NCBI GenBank assembly: GCA_963755915.1
Contig: CAVWLP010000002.1
Coordinates: forward strand, 192,001-256,000
Direction of reading: 5' to 3'
Source of the DNA: an uncultured Phycisphaerales bacterium
Lineage (GTDB): Bacteria; Planctomycetota; Phycisphaerae; Tepidisphaerales; Tepidisphaeraceae
DNA length: 64,000 bases
Made by a program: the position numbers and the translations under genes
Shown: positions 1 to 9,454 of the stretch, piece after piece
How the letters are laid out: every line of letters begins with the position of its first letter
How positions within the stretch are numbered: the first letter of the stretch is position 1
The notes under the pieces: generated by a model
The model's input: only the letters and a program-made list of their open reading frames with translations
What the model was told of the DNA's origin: nothing
The model's database searches: none

Positions 1-214
1 GGCGACCTTGCAACTCTATCTCGACGGCAAGATGGAACAATTCTGGCTGCGGGACAAAGAAGAAGGCGTGATCTTCCTGATGAACGTGGATTCGGTCGAC
101 GAGGCGGACAAGCTCCTTAAAGCGCTGCCGCTCGGTCAAAACAATCTGTTGAATTTCGAACTGATGCCGATCGGACCTCTCCTGCCCCTGGGGATGTTGA
201 TGAAAGCGAAATAG
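1..214 (+). CDS. 5'-truncated protein, resembles muconolactone delta-isomerase-like family
   Basis: ORF runs in from the window edge. The pattern 'LYLDGKMEQFW...GVIFLMNV.SV.EA..LL..LPL...L.FELMPIGPL' resembles this family. The TAG stop is supplied by the MITE end. Confidence 0.45.
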   Translation, partial: ATLQLYLDGKMEQFWLRDKEEGVIFLMNVDSVDEADKLLKALPLGQNNLLNFELMPIGPLLPLGMLMKAK

Positions 215-398
215 AGCATTTTCACTTCAGATGTAGCGGTTGCGTTGACTTGGGCGGGGTTGGCCGCAAGGAAGAGCGACGAAGCGGGTTCGCACGGACC
301 CGTTGAGGAGCGATGACGCCGCGGACGACCCCGGCCAAGTCAATCCGAAGGATCGCCGAAGGCGACGCAGACGCTACACCTGAAGTGAAACTGCTCTA
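212..398. mobile_element. IS630-family MITE (non-autonomous), TA-flanked
   Basis: 27-bp terminal inverted repeats, 25/27 identical: TAGAGCATTTTCACTTCAGATGTAGCG (212-238) and 372-398. TA at both ends, plus an inner stem. The ends match the IS630 at 38318-39352. Confidence 0.8.
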
Positions 399-415
399 GC
401 TGCCGGCGAAACGCA

Positions 416-1105
416 ATGACCGCTGCCCTTTTTCTCGGATTTCTGGCCCTGATGGCAACGGTCGTCGTGTTACTTGTCGACCGCTACCTTAACAGGCGCA
501 TCGCGATTGGCCTGGCGACTGGCCTCGCCATTTGGTTCATCTACGCCGGCCTGTTGGCATATTTCGGTGTTCTCCATAAGGCCGGGACGCGACCTCCGGG
601 AATTGCCTTCATTCTCGTCCCCGTCCTCGTATTTCTCATTCTTCTCATCGCGCGATACTCCGTGAATCCGCGCACTGCCGCCTTTCCCCTCTGGATGCTC
701 CTGGGCATACAATCCTTTCGCATCGGCGTCGAGCTATTCCTGCATCAGCTTTGGATCGACGGCCTCGTTCCCAAAATGCTAACTTTCGAGGGCGCAAACG
801 TGGACATTTTTATTGGCGCATCAGCACCTTTGGTCGCCTGGTTGTCCACACGCGGGCGAACTGGTTTGAGGATCTCCCTCGCCTGGAACATTCTGGGTCT
901 TTTCGCACTGACCAACGTCGTAGTTCGCTCCATCCTCACGGCCCCCGGTCCGTTCAACCTGATCCACGCCGAAGTTCCCAACCTGATGATGAGCACATTC
1001 CCGTTTCTGTTCATCCCCGCATTTTTCGTTCCCCTTGCTGTAGTCCTGCACGTGCTCGCAATCCGAGCCATCACCATCCGCAAAAATGTAGCAATATCCA
1101 GATAG
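416..1105 (+). CDS. Hypothetical integral membrane protein (about 6-7 TM)
   Basis: 229-aa ORF with multiple hydrophobic segments and an ATG start. Confidence 0.7.
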   Translation: MTAALFLGFLALMATVVVLLVDRYLNRRIAIGLATGLAIWFIYAGLLAYFGVLHKAGTRPPGIAFILVPVLVFLILLIARYSVNPRTAAFPLWMLLGIQSFRIGVELFLHQLWIDGLVPKMLTFEGANVDIFIGASAPLVAWLSTRGRTGLRISLAWNILGLFALTNVVVRSILTAPGPFNLIHAEVPNLMMSTFPFLFIPAFFVPLAVVLHVLAIRAITIRKNVAISR

Positions 1106-1151
1106 CCGAACACTTAATCCCGACCCAAAACACGCCCAAACCATAACTCAA

Positions 1152-1202
1152 CCATATCCCCATATCCCCATATCCCCATATCCCCATATCCCCATATCCC
1201 CA
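1152..1202. repeat. Perfect octamer tandem repeat (CCATATCC)x6
   Basis: Six exact copies plus CCA, intergenic. Confidence 0.95.
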
Positions 1203-1323
1203 AACATTTTACGCCAAGATACAAAGTTTTCAATCACTAACAAAACTCAAAAAAGTGTTCAGTTTTGTTCAGTTCTGTCCAGTCCCTCCAGTCTCATGTC
1301 CCCACCACCCGATAACTCAATCC

Positions 1324-2262
1324 ATGCCCACGCAAACGCCCACACAATCCTCACTCGCCCAATCCCCACCCGACCAATGGTCCCAATGGCTCCTCCACCG
1401 CCGCCACGGCGGGGACGCCGACTACCAGCAGCGAATGCGAGCCGTCGTCCAATCCTACCGCGACCGCGTTCTCGACGGCACCAACCTCTCCCCCCACCAA
1501 ACTCTCGCCGACATCGGCACCGGCGACGGGCTCCTCGCCTTCGGCGCCATCGACCGCATCGGCCCCTCCCTCAGCGTCATCCTCACCGACATCTCCCAGC
1601 CCCTGCTCGACCACGCCGAGCAACTCGCCATCTCCCGCGGTATCGAATCCCAGTGCACCTTCGTCCCCGGCTCCGCCGACAACCTTGCCGCCATTCCCTC
1701 TGCCTCGGTTAACGTCGTCGTCACCCGCGCCGTCCTCGCCTACGTCCAGGACAAGCCGGCTGCCTTCCGCGAGTTCCATCGCGTCCTCAAATCCGGCGGC
1801 CGCCTCTCCATCTGCGAGCCCATCCTCCAGGACGAAGCCTACGAAGCCCAGGCCTACTCTCAGCTCGTTTATTCCCAACCCAATCATCCCAACATCGAAT
1901 TCCTCAAGCTCGTCCAGCGCTACCGCGCCGCCGCCTTCCCCTCGGCCGACGCCGACATCCTCGCCAGCCCCATCACCAACTTTAACGAGCGCGACCTCTT
2001 CCGCTTCGCCCGCGAGGCCGGCTTCGCCAACATCCACGTCGAGCTCCACATCGACCTTCAGCCGGCCCTGAAAATCACCTGGGAAGGAATGCTCGACGTC
2101 GCCGTCCACCCCTGGGCCCCCACGCTGCGCGAAATCCTCGCCCGCGAATTCTCAAAAGATGAAGCCGCCGACTTCGAGCGAATCTTCCGCCCCATCGTCG
2201 AGAAATCCCAGGCCGAGCAAAAGCAGATCGTCGCCTATCTAACGGCCGACAAGAAAGCCTAA
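1324..2262 (+). CDS. Class I SAM-dependent methyltransferase (UbiE/ArsM-like)
   Basis: Motif I 'LADIGTGDG', 'LTDIS', and post-II 'EFHRVLKSGGRL'. ATG 1324 is preferred over GTG 1255. Confidence 0.8.
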   Translation: MPTQTPTQSSLAQSPPDQWSQWLLHRRHGGDADYQQRMRAVVQSYRDRVLDGTNLSPHQTLADIGTGDGLLAFGAIDRIGPSLSVILTDISQPLLDHAEQLAISRGIESQCTFVPGSADNLAAIPSASVNVVVTRAVLAYVQDKPAAFREFHRVLKSGGRLSICEPILQDEAYEAQAYSQLVYSQPNHPNIEFLKLVQRYRAAAFPSADADILASPITNFNERDLFRFAREAGFANIHVELHIDLQPALKITWEGMLDVAVHPWAPTLREILAREFSKDEAADFERIFRPIVEKSQAEQKQIVAYLTADKKA

Positions 2263-3947
2263 GTCCGAATCGCGATCAGCTTGTGAACGCAGGTCACCGC
2301 CAGCGAACCATCCCCCACGGCAAACCCCACACGCTTGGTCGACCCCGACCGAATATCCCCCGCCGCCAGCACACCGGGAATCGATGTCTCCAGCGGACAA
2401 GGCTGCCTATCCTTCAGCGGCCAAAACCCCGACTGCAGCGCATCCGTCCCTGTCAGGATATACCCCAGCTTGTCCCGCGCCAGTGACTCCGGCAGCCACG
2501 CGCACCCCGGATCCGCCCCAATGAAAACAAACATCGCCGCCAGCGACACCGTCTCCGTCGGCCCATCTTTTTCCTTTCCATCCCCATCCGGATCAAAGTT
2601 CCGCAGCGACACGCTCTCCAGCCGCCGCTCTCCACCCACCGCCGCAACCTCCACCCCTTCGTGAACGACAATGTTTTGCGATGCGCGGATTCGGTTGACG
2701 AGATATGTCGACATCCCCGGCCCCAATCGCCGCCGCACCAGCAGATGCACACGACGGGAAGCGCAGCATTCTGACAGAAACATCGCCGCCTGCCCCGCCG
2801 AATTTCCCGCCCCCACGACGGCCACGTCCAGATTGTCGAAGAGCATCGCCTCCACCGTCGTGCAGGCATGATGAATCCCCGACCCCTCAAACCGCTCCGC
2901 CCCCGGCACGTCGAGCTTTCGCCACGCCACCCCCGCCGCCAGCAGCACCGTACCGGCGCTAATCGCCGTTCCGCAATCCAGTTTCAAAACGTGGCAATCT
3001 TTCGGCGATTTGCTGATTTCGATCTTCTCCACATTTACCGGCGCCGCCATCATCGCCCCGAATTTCAGCATCTGAAGCACGCTGCGCATCGCCAGCTCCG
3101 CGCCGGAAAGCCCGCTGGGGAACCCGATGAAGTTTTCGATTTTCGACGACGACGACGCCTGCCCGCCGGGTCCCAGCCGGTCGATCACCAGCGTAGAAAT
3201 TCCCTCCGACGCCGCATACACCGCCGCCGTCATCCCCGCCGGCCCCGCCCCGATGATCGCCAGGTCCACATGTTTTTCCGGACAATGCCGCCACACGCCC
3301 GCCCCTTGCGCCAGCTCGCGCAAGGTCGGATTCAATAAACGATTTCCCTTGCTGCACTCAATCACCGGCGTCTTCTTCGGCGAGCCCCATTCCTTCATCA
3401 GCCGCTGCCCCTCTTCCGAAGTCGTGTCATACCACGTAAATGGAACGAAATTCTTAAAGAGAAATTCCCGCGCCGTCGTGGTGTCTTTGCATTTACCGGG
3501 TCCCACAACTTTCAGCCCAAGCACCCCCGCCAATGTGAGAAGCCGTCGGCGTTCCTGGGCCGCCGTCAGCAGCTTTTCGCTCAGCCGCGGAACTTTCGTC
3601 AGAATCTCACGCAGCCGGCTGCTGGCAACCCGCATCAGCTTCGTCTTGCCCCGGGCAATCCCCGTCACGACCACCGGCCGGCGGGTAAGCAGGTCGATGT
3701 CCCCCGCAAACTGCCCCGCCGAATGATTCACCACATGCTTGTTGTGGTCGGACGGATTGATGATCTCGATCTGACCCGATTCAACGACGAACAAATCCAG
3801 ATCCGCATCCCCCGCGCGAAAGATCGTTTCCCCATCTTCATATTCGCAGGCTTCCGCCAGCGGCCGCAGATGGTCCAGCTCCGACTTCTCCAGCTTCGGA
3901 AACGCGATGGGATTTGACGCCGGGGTAGATATATCTGTATCAGACAT
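2259..3947 (-). CDS. Cyclic-nucleotide-binding domain fused to a thioredoxin-reductase-like FAD oxidoreductase
   Basis: N-terminal cNMP domain ('IFRAGD...LFVVESG'), FAD motif GAGPAG, 'SKIENFIGFPSG', NAD(P) motif GAGNSAG, and 'AAGDIRSGSTKRV'. Confidence 0.85.
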   Translation of the reverse strand: MSDTDISTPASNPIAFPKLEKSELDHLRPLAEACEYEDGETIFRAGDADLDLFVVESGQIEIINPSDHNKHVVNHSAGQFAGDIDLLTRRPVVVTGIARGKTKLMRVASSRLREILTKVPRLSEKLLTAAQERRRLLTLAGVLGLKVVGPGKCKDTTTAREFLFKNFVPFTWYDTTSEEGQRLMKEWGSPKKTPVIECSKGNRLLNPTLRELAQGAGVWRHCPEKHVDLAIIGAGPAGMTAAVYAASEGISTLVIDRLGPGGQASSSSKIENFIGFPSGLSGAELAMRSVLQMLKFGAMMAAPVNVEKIEISKSPKDCHVLKLDCGTAISAGTVLLAAGVAWRKLDVPGAERFEGSGIHHACTTVEAMLFDNLDVAVVGAGNSAGQAAMFLSECCASRRVHLLVRRRLGPGMSTYLVNRIRASQNIVVHEGVEVAAVGGERRLESVSLRNFDPDGDGKEKDGPTETVSLAAMFVFIGADPGCAWLPESLARDKLGYILTGTDALQSGFWPLKDRQPCPLETSIPGVLAAGDIRSGSTKRVGFAVGDGSLAVTCVHKLIAIRT

Positions 3948-4013
3948 GCCCGTATTCTATCCCCGCTCATGACGGTTGGCTTCGCCAGGGCTATGATTCC
4001 GACGGAAGTCAGC

Positions 4014-4580
4014 ATGACCACCCGTATCCACACATCGATGAATCCCCCTTCGCCCCTGCTGGATCCCGTGACCGACCAGGACCACGCCATCGGCCCAGCC
4101 GATGCGCCCATAACGATTGTCGAATATGGCGATTACGAATGCCCCGACTGTCTGAATTTCGTCCCCATCGCCAGGGAGATTTATCGCGCCATGGGCGGCA
4201 AGCTGCGGTTCGTATTCCGGCATTTTCCGCGCAACTCGATCCACCCCCACGCCAGCGCCGCCGCCGAGGTCGCCGAGGCTGCCGGCGAGCAGGGAAAATT
4301 CTGGGAAATGCACGAGGCGCTTTTTCACCACCAGAAGGAGCTTTCGACGATCGATTTTAGCCACCTGGCGTTAACCCTTGGGCTGGAGATCTACCAGTTC
4401 GAAACCAGCCGCGAGCAGGAAAAACATCGCCGGCGGGTCCATTTCGACTATGAAAGCGGGGTCCGCAACGAGGTGACGGGCACACCGACCCTGTTTATCA
4501 ACGGCCGAAAATACACGGGTCCGCTCGACGCCGCCGCCATCATCGCCGCTTCCCAGGCCGCCCCCAGCCATCCCGCCTGA
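4014..4580 (+). CDS. DsbA-family / thioredoxin-fold protein
   Basis: 'EYGDYECPDC', 'FRHFP', cis-Pro loop 'GTPTLFING'. Start uncertain (3969, 4014 or 4038). Confidence 0.85.
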   Translation: MTTRIHTSMNPPSPLLDPVTDQDHAIGPADAPITIVEYGDYECPDCLNFVPIAREIYRAMGGKLRFVFRHFPRNSIHPHASAAAEVAEAAGEQGKFWEMHEALFHHQKELSTIDFSHLALTLGLEIYQFETSREQEKHRRRVHFDYESGVRNEVTGTPTLFINGRKYTGPLDAAAIIAASQAAPSHPA

Positions 4581-4708
4581 ATTTTGCCCATTCACGAAGA
4601 TTTCGCGTTTGCCTAGAATTGCCGTCTGCGTCCGGGCGTAACCTGTTGGAAAGTCACCTCGGCCGGCGTCGCGGCTCAGTATTCCTGGTTCGGGAGAGCA
4701 AAATTAAC

Positions 4709-6767
4709 GTGAAGGAAAAATCGACATCCACCCACGGAGTGTCGGCCGATTCAACCGGCCTGCTGGCACTGGTCCACGCCAAAGACTGGTCGCTTACGCC
4801 GCTGGGAAAAATGGACCGCTGGCCGGAGGCACTTCGCGTCGCCGCGGACATTTGCCTTAACTCGCGTTTCCCCATGTTCATCTGGTGGGGACCCGACCTG
4901 ATCAACATTTACAACGACGCCTACGCCCTGATGCTCGGCCAGCGCCATCCGGCGGCCCTGGGCAAATCCGCCAAGGAAATCTGGGAAGAAATCTGGTCCA
5001 TCGTCGGACCGCAAACCCAAATCGTCTTTGAGCAGGACAAGGCGACCTGGAACGACCGCGTGAAGCTGGTGCTGGAGAGAAACGGATACCCCGAAGAGGC
5101 GTATTTCACCTTTTCCTACAGCCCGATCCACGAGGGAAATCGCGTCGGCGGGCTCTTCTGCGCGGTCAGCGAGGAAACGCGTCGCATTTTCGATGAAGCC
5201 GCCCGCGGCCGCCTCGCCGCCATCGTGGAGTCTTCCGACGACGCCATCATCAGCAAAACCCTCGACGGTGTCATCCGTTCCTGGAACGCCGGGGCGCAGC
5301 GCATTTTCGGCTACACCGCCGAGGAGGCGATTGGAAAGTCGATCCTTATGCTTCTCCCCGAAGATCGCAAAAATGAAGAAGCGGGAATCCTCGCCCGGCT
5401 TCGCCGCGGCGAGCGCATCGATCATTTTGAAAGCATTCGGCTCACCAAAGATGGAAGGCTGATCGATGTTTCTCTCACCATTTCTCCCGTCAAAGACGAG
5501 GGCGGGCGGATTGTCGGCGCGTCGAAGGTCGCCCGTGACATCACGGAAAAGAAGGTTATCACCGCTGAAAAAGACCGGCTGCTCGAAAGCGAGCGCGTGG
5601 CCCGCGGCGAGGCGGAGCGGCAGGGGCGCCTCAAGGACGAGTTCGTCAGCACGCTCTCGCACGAGTTGCGCACGCCGCTCAACGCGATCATGGGATATGC
5701 CCACATTCTGAGGCGCGATCCTTCCCTGAGCCCCGACGCGATCGAGGGAGTGGGCGTGATCGAACGTAATGCCCGGGTGCAGGCGCAGATCGTCGAGGAC
5801 ATCCTCGATGTCAGCCGGATCGTCAGCGGAAAAATGCGCCTCGACGTTCAGCCGGTGAATCTCCACGCCGTGATCGAGTCGGCAATGGAGACGTGCACGC
5901 CGGCGGCGGATGCGAAAGGCATCCGCCTCGCCAAACTGCTCGACCCCCTGGCCGGCCCCGTCAGCGGCGACCCGGCGCGCCTCCAGCAGTGCATCTGGAA
6001 TCTCGTCTCCAACTCCATCAAATTCTCCTCCCGCGGCGGACGCGTCCAGGTCGTCCTCCAGCGCGTTAACTCGCATATCGAAATCGTCGTCAGCGACACT
6101 GGCCAGGGCATCAAGCCGGAATTTCTGCCCTATGTATTCGACCGCTTCCGCCAGGGAGACGCTTCGACCACCCGTCAGGCCAGCGGACTTGGGCTCGGCC
6201 TTTCCATCGTCAAATCCCTGGTGGAAATGCACGGCGGAACCATCGGAGCCAAAAGTGAAGGCGAAAATCGTGGCGCCACCTTCATCATCTCATTGCCCCT
6301 CTCGCTTGCACACACACCCGATACCGACGAGCAGCGGGATCATCCCCGCGCGGCGCGAGCCGCTGGCGCATTTTCAGCCCCTCTCGCTCAAGGGCCTCAC
6401 GGTCCTGGCCGTCGACGATGAGGCCGATGCCCGCGACCTGATGCGCCGCCTCCTGGAAGAATGCGGCGCAAGCGTGGTAATCGCGGGCTCGGCCAAAGAG
6501 GCGCTGGCAGCGCTGGACAAACACTCGGTGAACCTTCTCATCAGCGACATCGGCATGCCCGGCGAAGACGGCTATGAGCTGGTCCGAAAAATCCGCCGCC
6601 GCCCGCCGGAAAGCGGCGGAAAGGTTCCCGCGATCGCCCTCACCGCCTACGCCCGCAGCGAAGACCGCACCCGCGCGATGCTCGCGGGGTTTGTGGGGCA
6701 TGTGTCCAAGCCGGTCGAGCCGGCGGAATTGATCGCGACAGTGGCGTCGCTGGCGACGAGAGGGTGA
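4709..6767 (+). CDS. Hybrid sensor histidine kinase (PAS-HisKA-HATPase-REC), split by one frameshift near 6375
   Basis: 'SHELRTPLNAI' H-box, N/G boxes. The receiver domain 'VLAVDDE...ISDIGMP...SKP' continues in another frame (5910..6767 ORF). Confidence 0.85.
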
Positions 6768-6938
6768 GCGGCGGCTGGAGGCCGCCGGGCGGTACGCCGC
6801 TATGCTTAGGCCGGAGGCCGCTGCATTTTGGGCGGGGGGCATTGAATACAAAACTTTACACCCCGCAACAAACTTGGGGTGTTTGGGCGGGCCGAATTCC
6901 TCGCTCGACTCAGAGCATTCATATGTTAAAATCCACGC

Positions 6939-7202
6939 ATGGCCACAAGCCGCGATCTAGTCCGCGAAGTGGAGGGGCAGTGGGATGAGTTGATTCGTCA
7001 CCTGGGGCAGTTTGCCGGCCAGCGCGTGCGGGTGACGGTGCTCTCCGACGAAAAAACGGTCGGCTCATCCATGCCGGCGGAAATCCGCCGCTGGCTGGCC
7101 GAAGGGGACGCATTGGAGATCGCGCCACCTGGCAATGGCAGGCCCAATGCCTTTGGGGATAGCCTGATGGAAAACTACCGCAGGGAGGGATTGCTACTTT
7201 AA
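6939..7202 (+). CDS. Small hypothetical protein, antitoxin-like
   Basis: 87-aa ORF 'EVEGQWDELIRH...GQRVRVTV', directly upstream of a TA pair. Confidence 0.45.
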   Translation: MATSRDLVREVEGQWDELIRHLGQFAGQRVRVTVLSDEKTVGSSMPAEIRRWLAEGDALEIAPPGNGRPNAFGDSLMENYRREGLLL

Positions 7203-7247
7203 TGAAGTTTGATCGCGTTATAAATGAAGGCCGATAAGGGAAAAGCG

Positions 7248-7526
7248 ATGCAACAGGTCCAACTCAACGATGAGCTTTACAAGGACGTCCAACGCCGGGC
7301 GATGGAAGCTGGGTTCGCGTCGGTTGACGAATACATCGCCGACGTTTTGAGCTACGATCTTCACGAAGGAACTGAAAACCTCGACCATCTATTCACGCCG
7401 CAGCGGCTTGCCCACATCGACAAGGCTGAAGCGGAGATCAACGCCGGGAACTTCTACACGGCAGAGCAAGCCGACGCGGAGCTCGCCAAGCGCAGGGCGG
7501 AATGGCTTCGAAAAAATTCCCGCTGA
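7248..7526 (+). CDS. Putative type II antitoxin
   Basis: Small acidic ORF overlapping the downstream toxin; 'KAEAEINAGNFYTAEQ' resembles a ParD-type tail. Confidence 0.6.
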   Translation: MQQVQLNDELYKDVQRRAMEAGFASVDEYIADVLSYDLHEGTENLDHLFTPQRLAHIDKAEAEINAGNFYTAEQADAELAKRRAEWLRKNSR

Positions 7527-7840
7527 CGGTCATTCGCTCGCCGGCAGCGATCGACGAGCTCGACCAAGTTTGGCGATGGAACGCCGAACATTACAGCGTA
7601 CCGCATGCCGACGCGTATCTTCGGTTTCTACAGGAAAGCATCGCTGGGCTGGCCAGCAGTTACGCCAGAGGCAAGGCCGTGAGCACCCGTCCCGACTTGC
7701 ATTACTTCGTTATCAGGCGCACAAAAAGGGGGCATGGCCATGTGGCGGTCTATAACTTTAATGATGCCGAGGTCCATATTCTGCACGTCTTTCACACAGC
7801 TCAGGATTGGCAGACAAAGCTATTCGAAGAAAAGCCGTAG
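7502..7840 (+). CDS. RelE/ParE-family toxin
   Basis: 'SPAAIDELDQVWRW...ADAY...HVAVY...VHILHVFHTAQDW' is a ParE-like signature. Confidence 0.75.
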   Translation: MASKKFPLTVIRSPAAIDELDQVWRWNAEHYSVPHADAYLRFLQESIAGLASSYARGKAVSTRPDLHYFVIRRTKRGHGHVAVYNFNDAEVHILHVFHTAQDWQTKLFEEKP

Positions 7841-7969
7841 GGAATTTCCTGCCCCCAAATGCCGACGTTGTATGCTCAACGAATCGGCCGCAATGTGCTA
7901 CCCCTGAGTACACGGGTTCCCTTCTCCGACGGGTCCACTCGGAGACGCCCCGCGGCGGGAAGCTGGATC

Positions 7970-9310
7970 TTACTTCTTATCAATCACAAACTTCTTCACC
8001 GAGTAATCGTTGCGGAAGCAGGCATAGATATTGTTCTGATCATCCACGGCCAATCCGAAGACGACGTTGTTGCCGCCGAAGTTGTCCAAGGGGTTGCCGT
8101 CGGTGTTGAAGACGCGGATGGCGGGGTCGGAGGCGGATTCGTAGACGCGGGCGTTACCGTCGACCGCCAGGCCCTCGGGGGCGACCACGAAGCCTTTGTC
8201 CAGATCATCCGTCGGGCCGAAGCGGTTGATGTACCGGCCATCGGAGGCGAATTTGAAGATTCCTTTGGAACGATCCAGGGCGAAGATCTCGCCGGTCGGG
8301 AGGACGGCAATGCGCTCCAGGTCCAGGTCTTCGCCGACTTTTCCGCTGGCGCTGAAGGCGCTTTTGATGCGCAGGTCCGGGCCGATGTCGACGATTTGGG
8401 AATCGGAGGTGACGGCCCAGATGTCGCCGGTGAGGGCGACGCAGCAGTCCATATAGTTTTCCTGGTCGCCGTTGAAATCGGACTCGGCGTTGCCCTGCGG
8501 CATGCCGGTCTCGCCGTCGTAGCGGATGATGTTGAAGGGCACGACCGCATAGACCGACCCGTGCCGATCGGCGGCGAGGCCCATGAGGCTCTTATCCTTG
8601 CCGATGGTCCATTCGAACAGGAATTTGCCCTGCGGGTCGAAGGCCTGGACGCGGCCATCGGAATATTCGCCGACGTAAATGCGGCCGTCGGGGGAGACGG
8701 CAATGGTGCGGGAATCCTTGAACTGGCCCGGGCCGATTCCTTCGGAGCCGAATTCGAGCACCTGATGCGCGTATGCCGGCGCGGCCGGCGCCGCGGGGAG
8801 AAGATCGGGAATGCCGGTGGGAATGGGGATCGTCGCGGTCGCGGTCTGGGATAGCGGAACCTGAGTGTGCAACGAGAAAAACAGGATGGCCAACACGAAC
8901 AGGATGATTCCGAAAGTGGAGGCCAGCGCGAGCCGGACGGTGCGGGTGACAGTCTTCGTCACGCCAGCGGGATCGAAGGGGCGGCTGATCCTGGGAGGGG
9001 GAATATCGCGCCCCTCGGCGAGGGCTTCGACGGCGGCTTTGGCATCGGCCAGGCCGACGCCGTGCATTTCGCGGTAGATTTTGATGGCGGCGATCTTGTT
9101 GCCGTTGCGGACCAGCTGGGCGACTTTCATCAGGTCGATTGGGCTTCCGGAGCTGGAGCCGAAGTTGATGGATATGCCGGGCGATCTTTGGTCGGCCGGG
9201 TCGGAGAGCATGACGATGGTGTTGCAATAGGGGCAGCGCATGGTCGGCCCACCGCCGGCGGGATATTCCAGCGGCGCGGAGCAGGACGGGCATTTGAGGG
9301 CTTCGGGCAT
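7970..9310 (-). CDS. Membrane-anchored protein: Zn ribbon + L7/L12 C-terminal-like domain + TM + NHL-repeat beta-propeller
   Basis: CPSC...CPYC; 'KIAAIKIYREMHGVGLADAKAAVE'; one TM helix; 'GPGQFKDSRTIAVSPDGRIYV...RVQAFD' NHL repeats. Confidence 0.7.
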   Translation of the reverse strand: MPEALKCPSCSAPLEYPAGGGPTMRCPYCNTIVMLSDPADQRSPGISINFGSSSGSPIDLMKVAQLVRNGNKIAAIKIYREMHGVGLADAKAAVEALAEGRDIPPPRISRPFDPAGVTKTVTRTVRLALASTFGIILFVLAILFFSLHTQVPLSQTATATIPIPTGIPDLLPAAPAAPAYAHQVLEFGSEGIGPGQFKDSRTIAVSPDGRIYVGEYSDGRVQAFDPQGKFLFEWTIGKDKSLMGLAADRHGSVYAVVPFNIIRYDGETGMPQGNAESDFNGDQENYMDCCVALTGDIWAVTSDSQIVDIGPDLRIKSAFSASGKVGEDLDLERIAVLPTGEIFALDRSKGIFKFASDGRYINRFGPTDDLDKGFVVAPEGLAVDGNARVYESASDPAIRVFNTDGNPLDNFGGNNVVFGLAVDDQNNIYACFRNDYSVKKFVIDKK

Positions 9311-9454
9311 GAGATTTCTCCGCGGATGCCGGGGGATCCGAAATCAGCTCCAGGTGCGAGAATCGTAGCCGATGGCGAGGGGGAAGGAAAAGCGTTCACG
9401 CTGCGAGGGCTTTATAAACCGGGGGCTTTATAATCCCGCCCGCACGGGAGGATA

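Noticed and set aside
1152-1290. Short repeats as a CRISPR array
   Set aside because: 8-10-bp contiguous units with no spacers, and no cas genes.
7838-7853. TAGGGAATTTCCTGCC resembling the regulon box
   Set aside because: The right half is poor, there is no partner site, and it lies between convergent gene ends.
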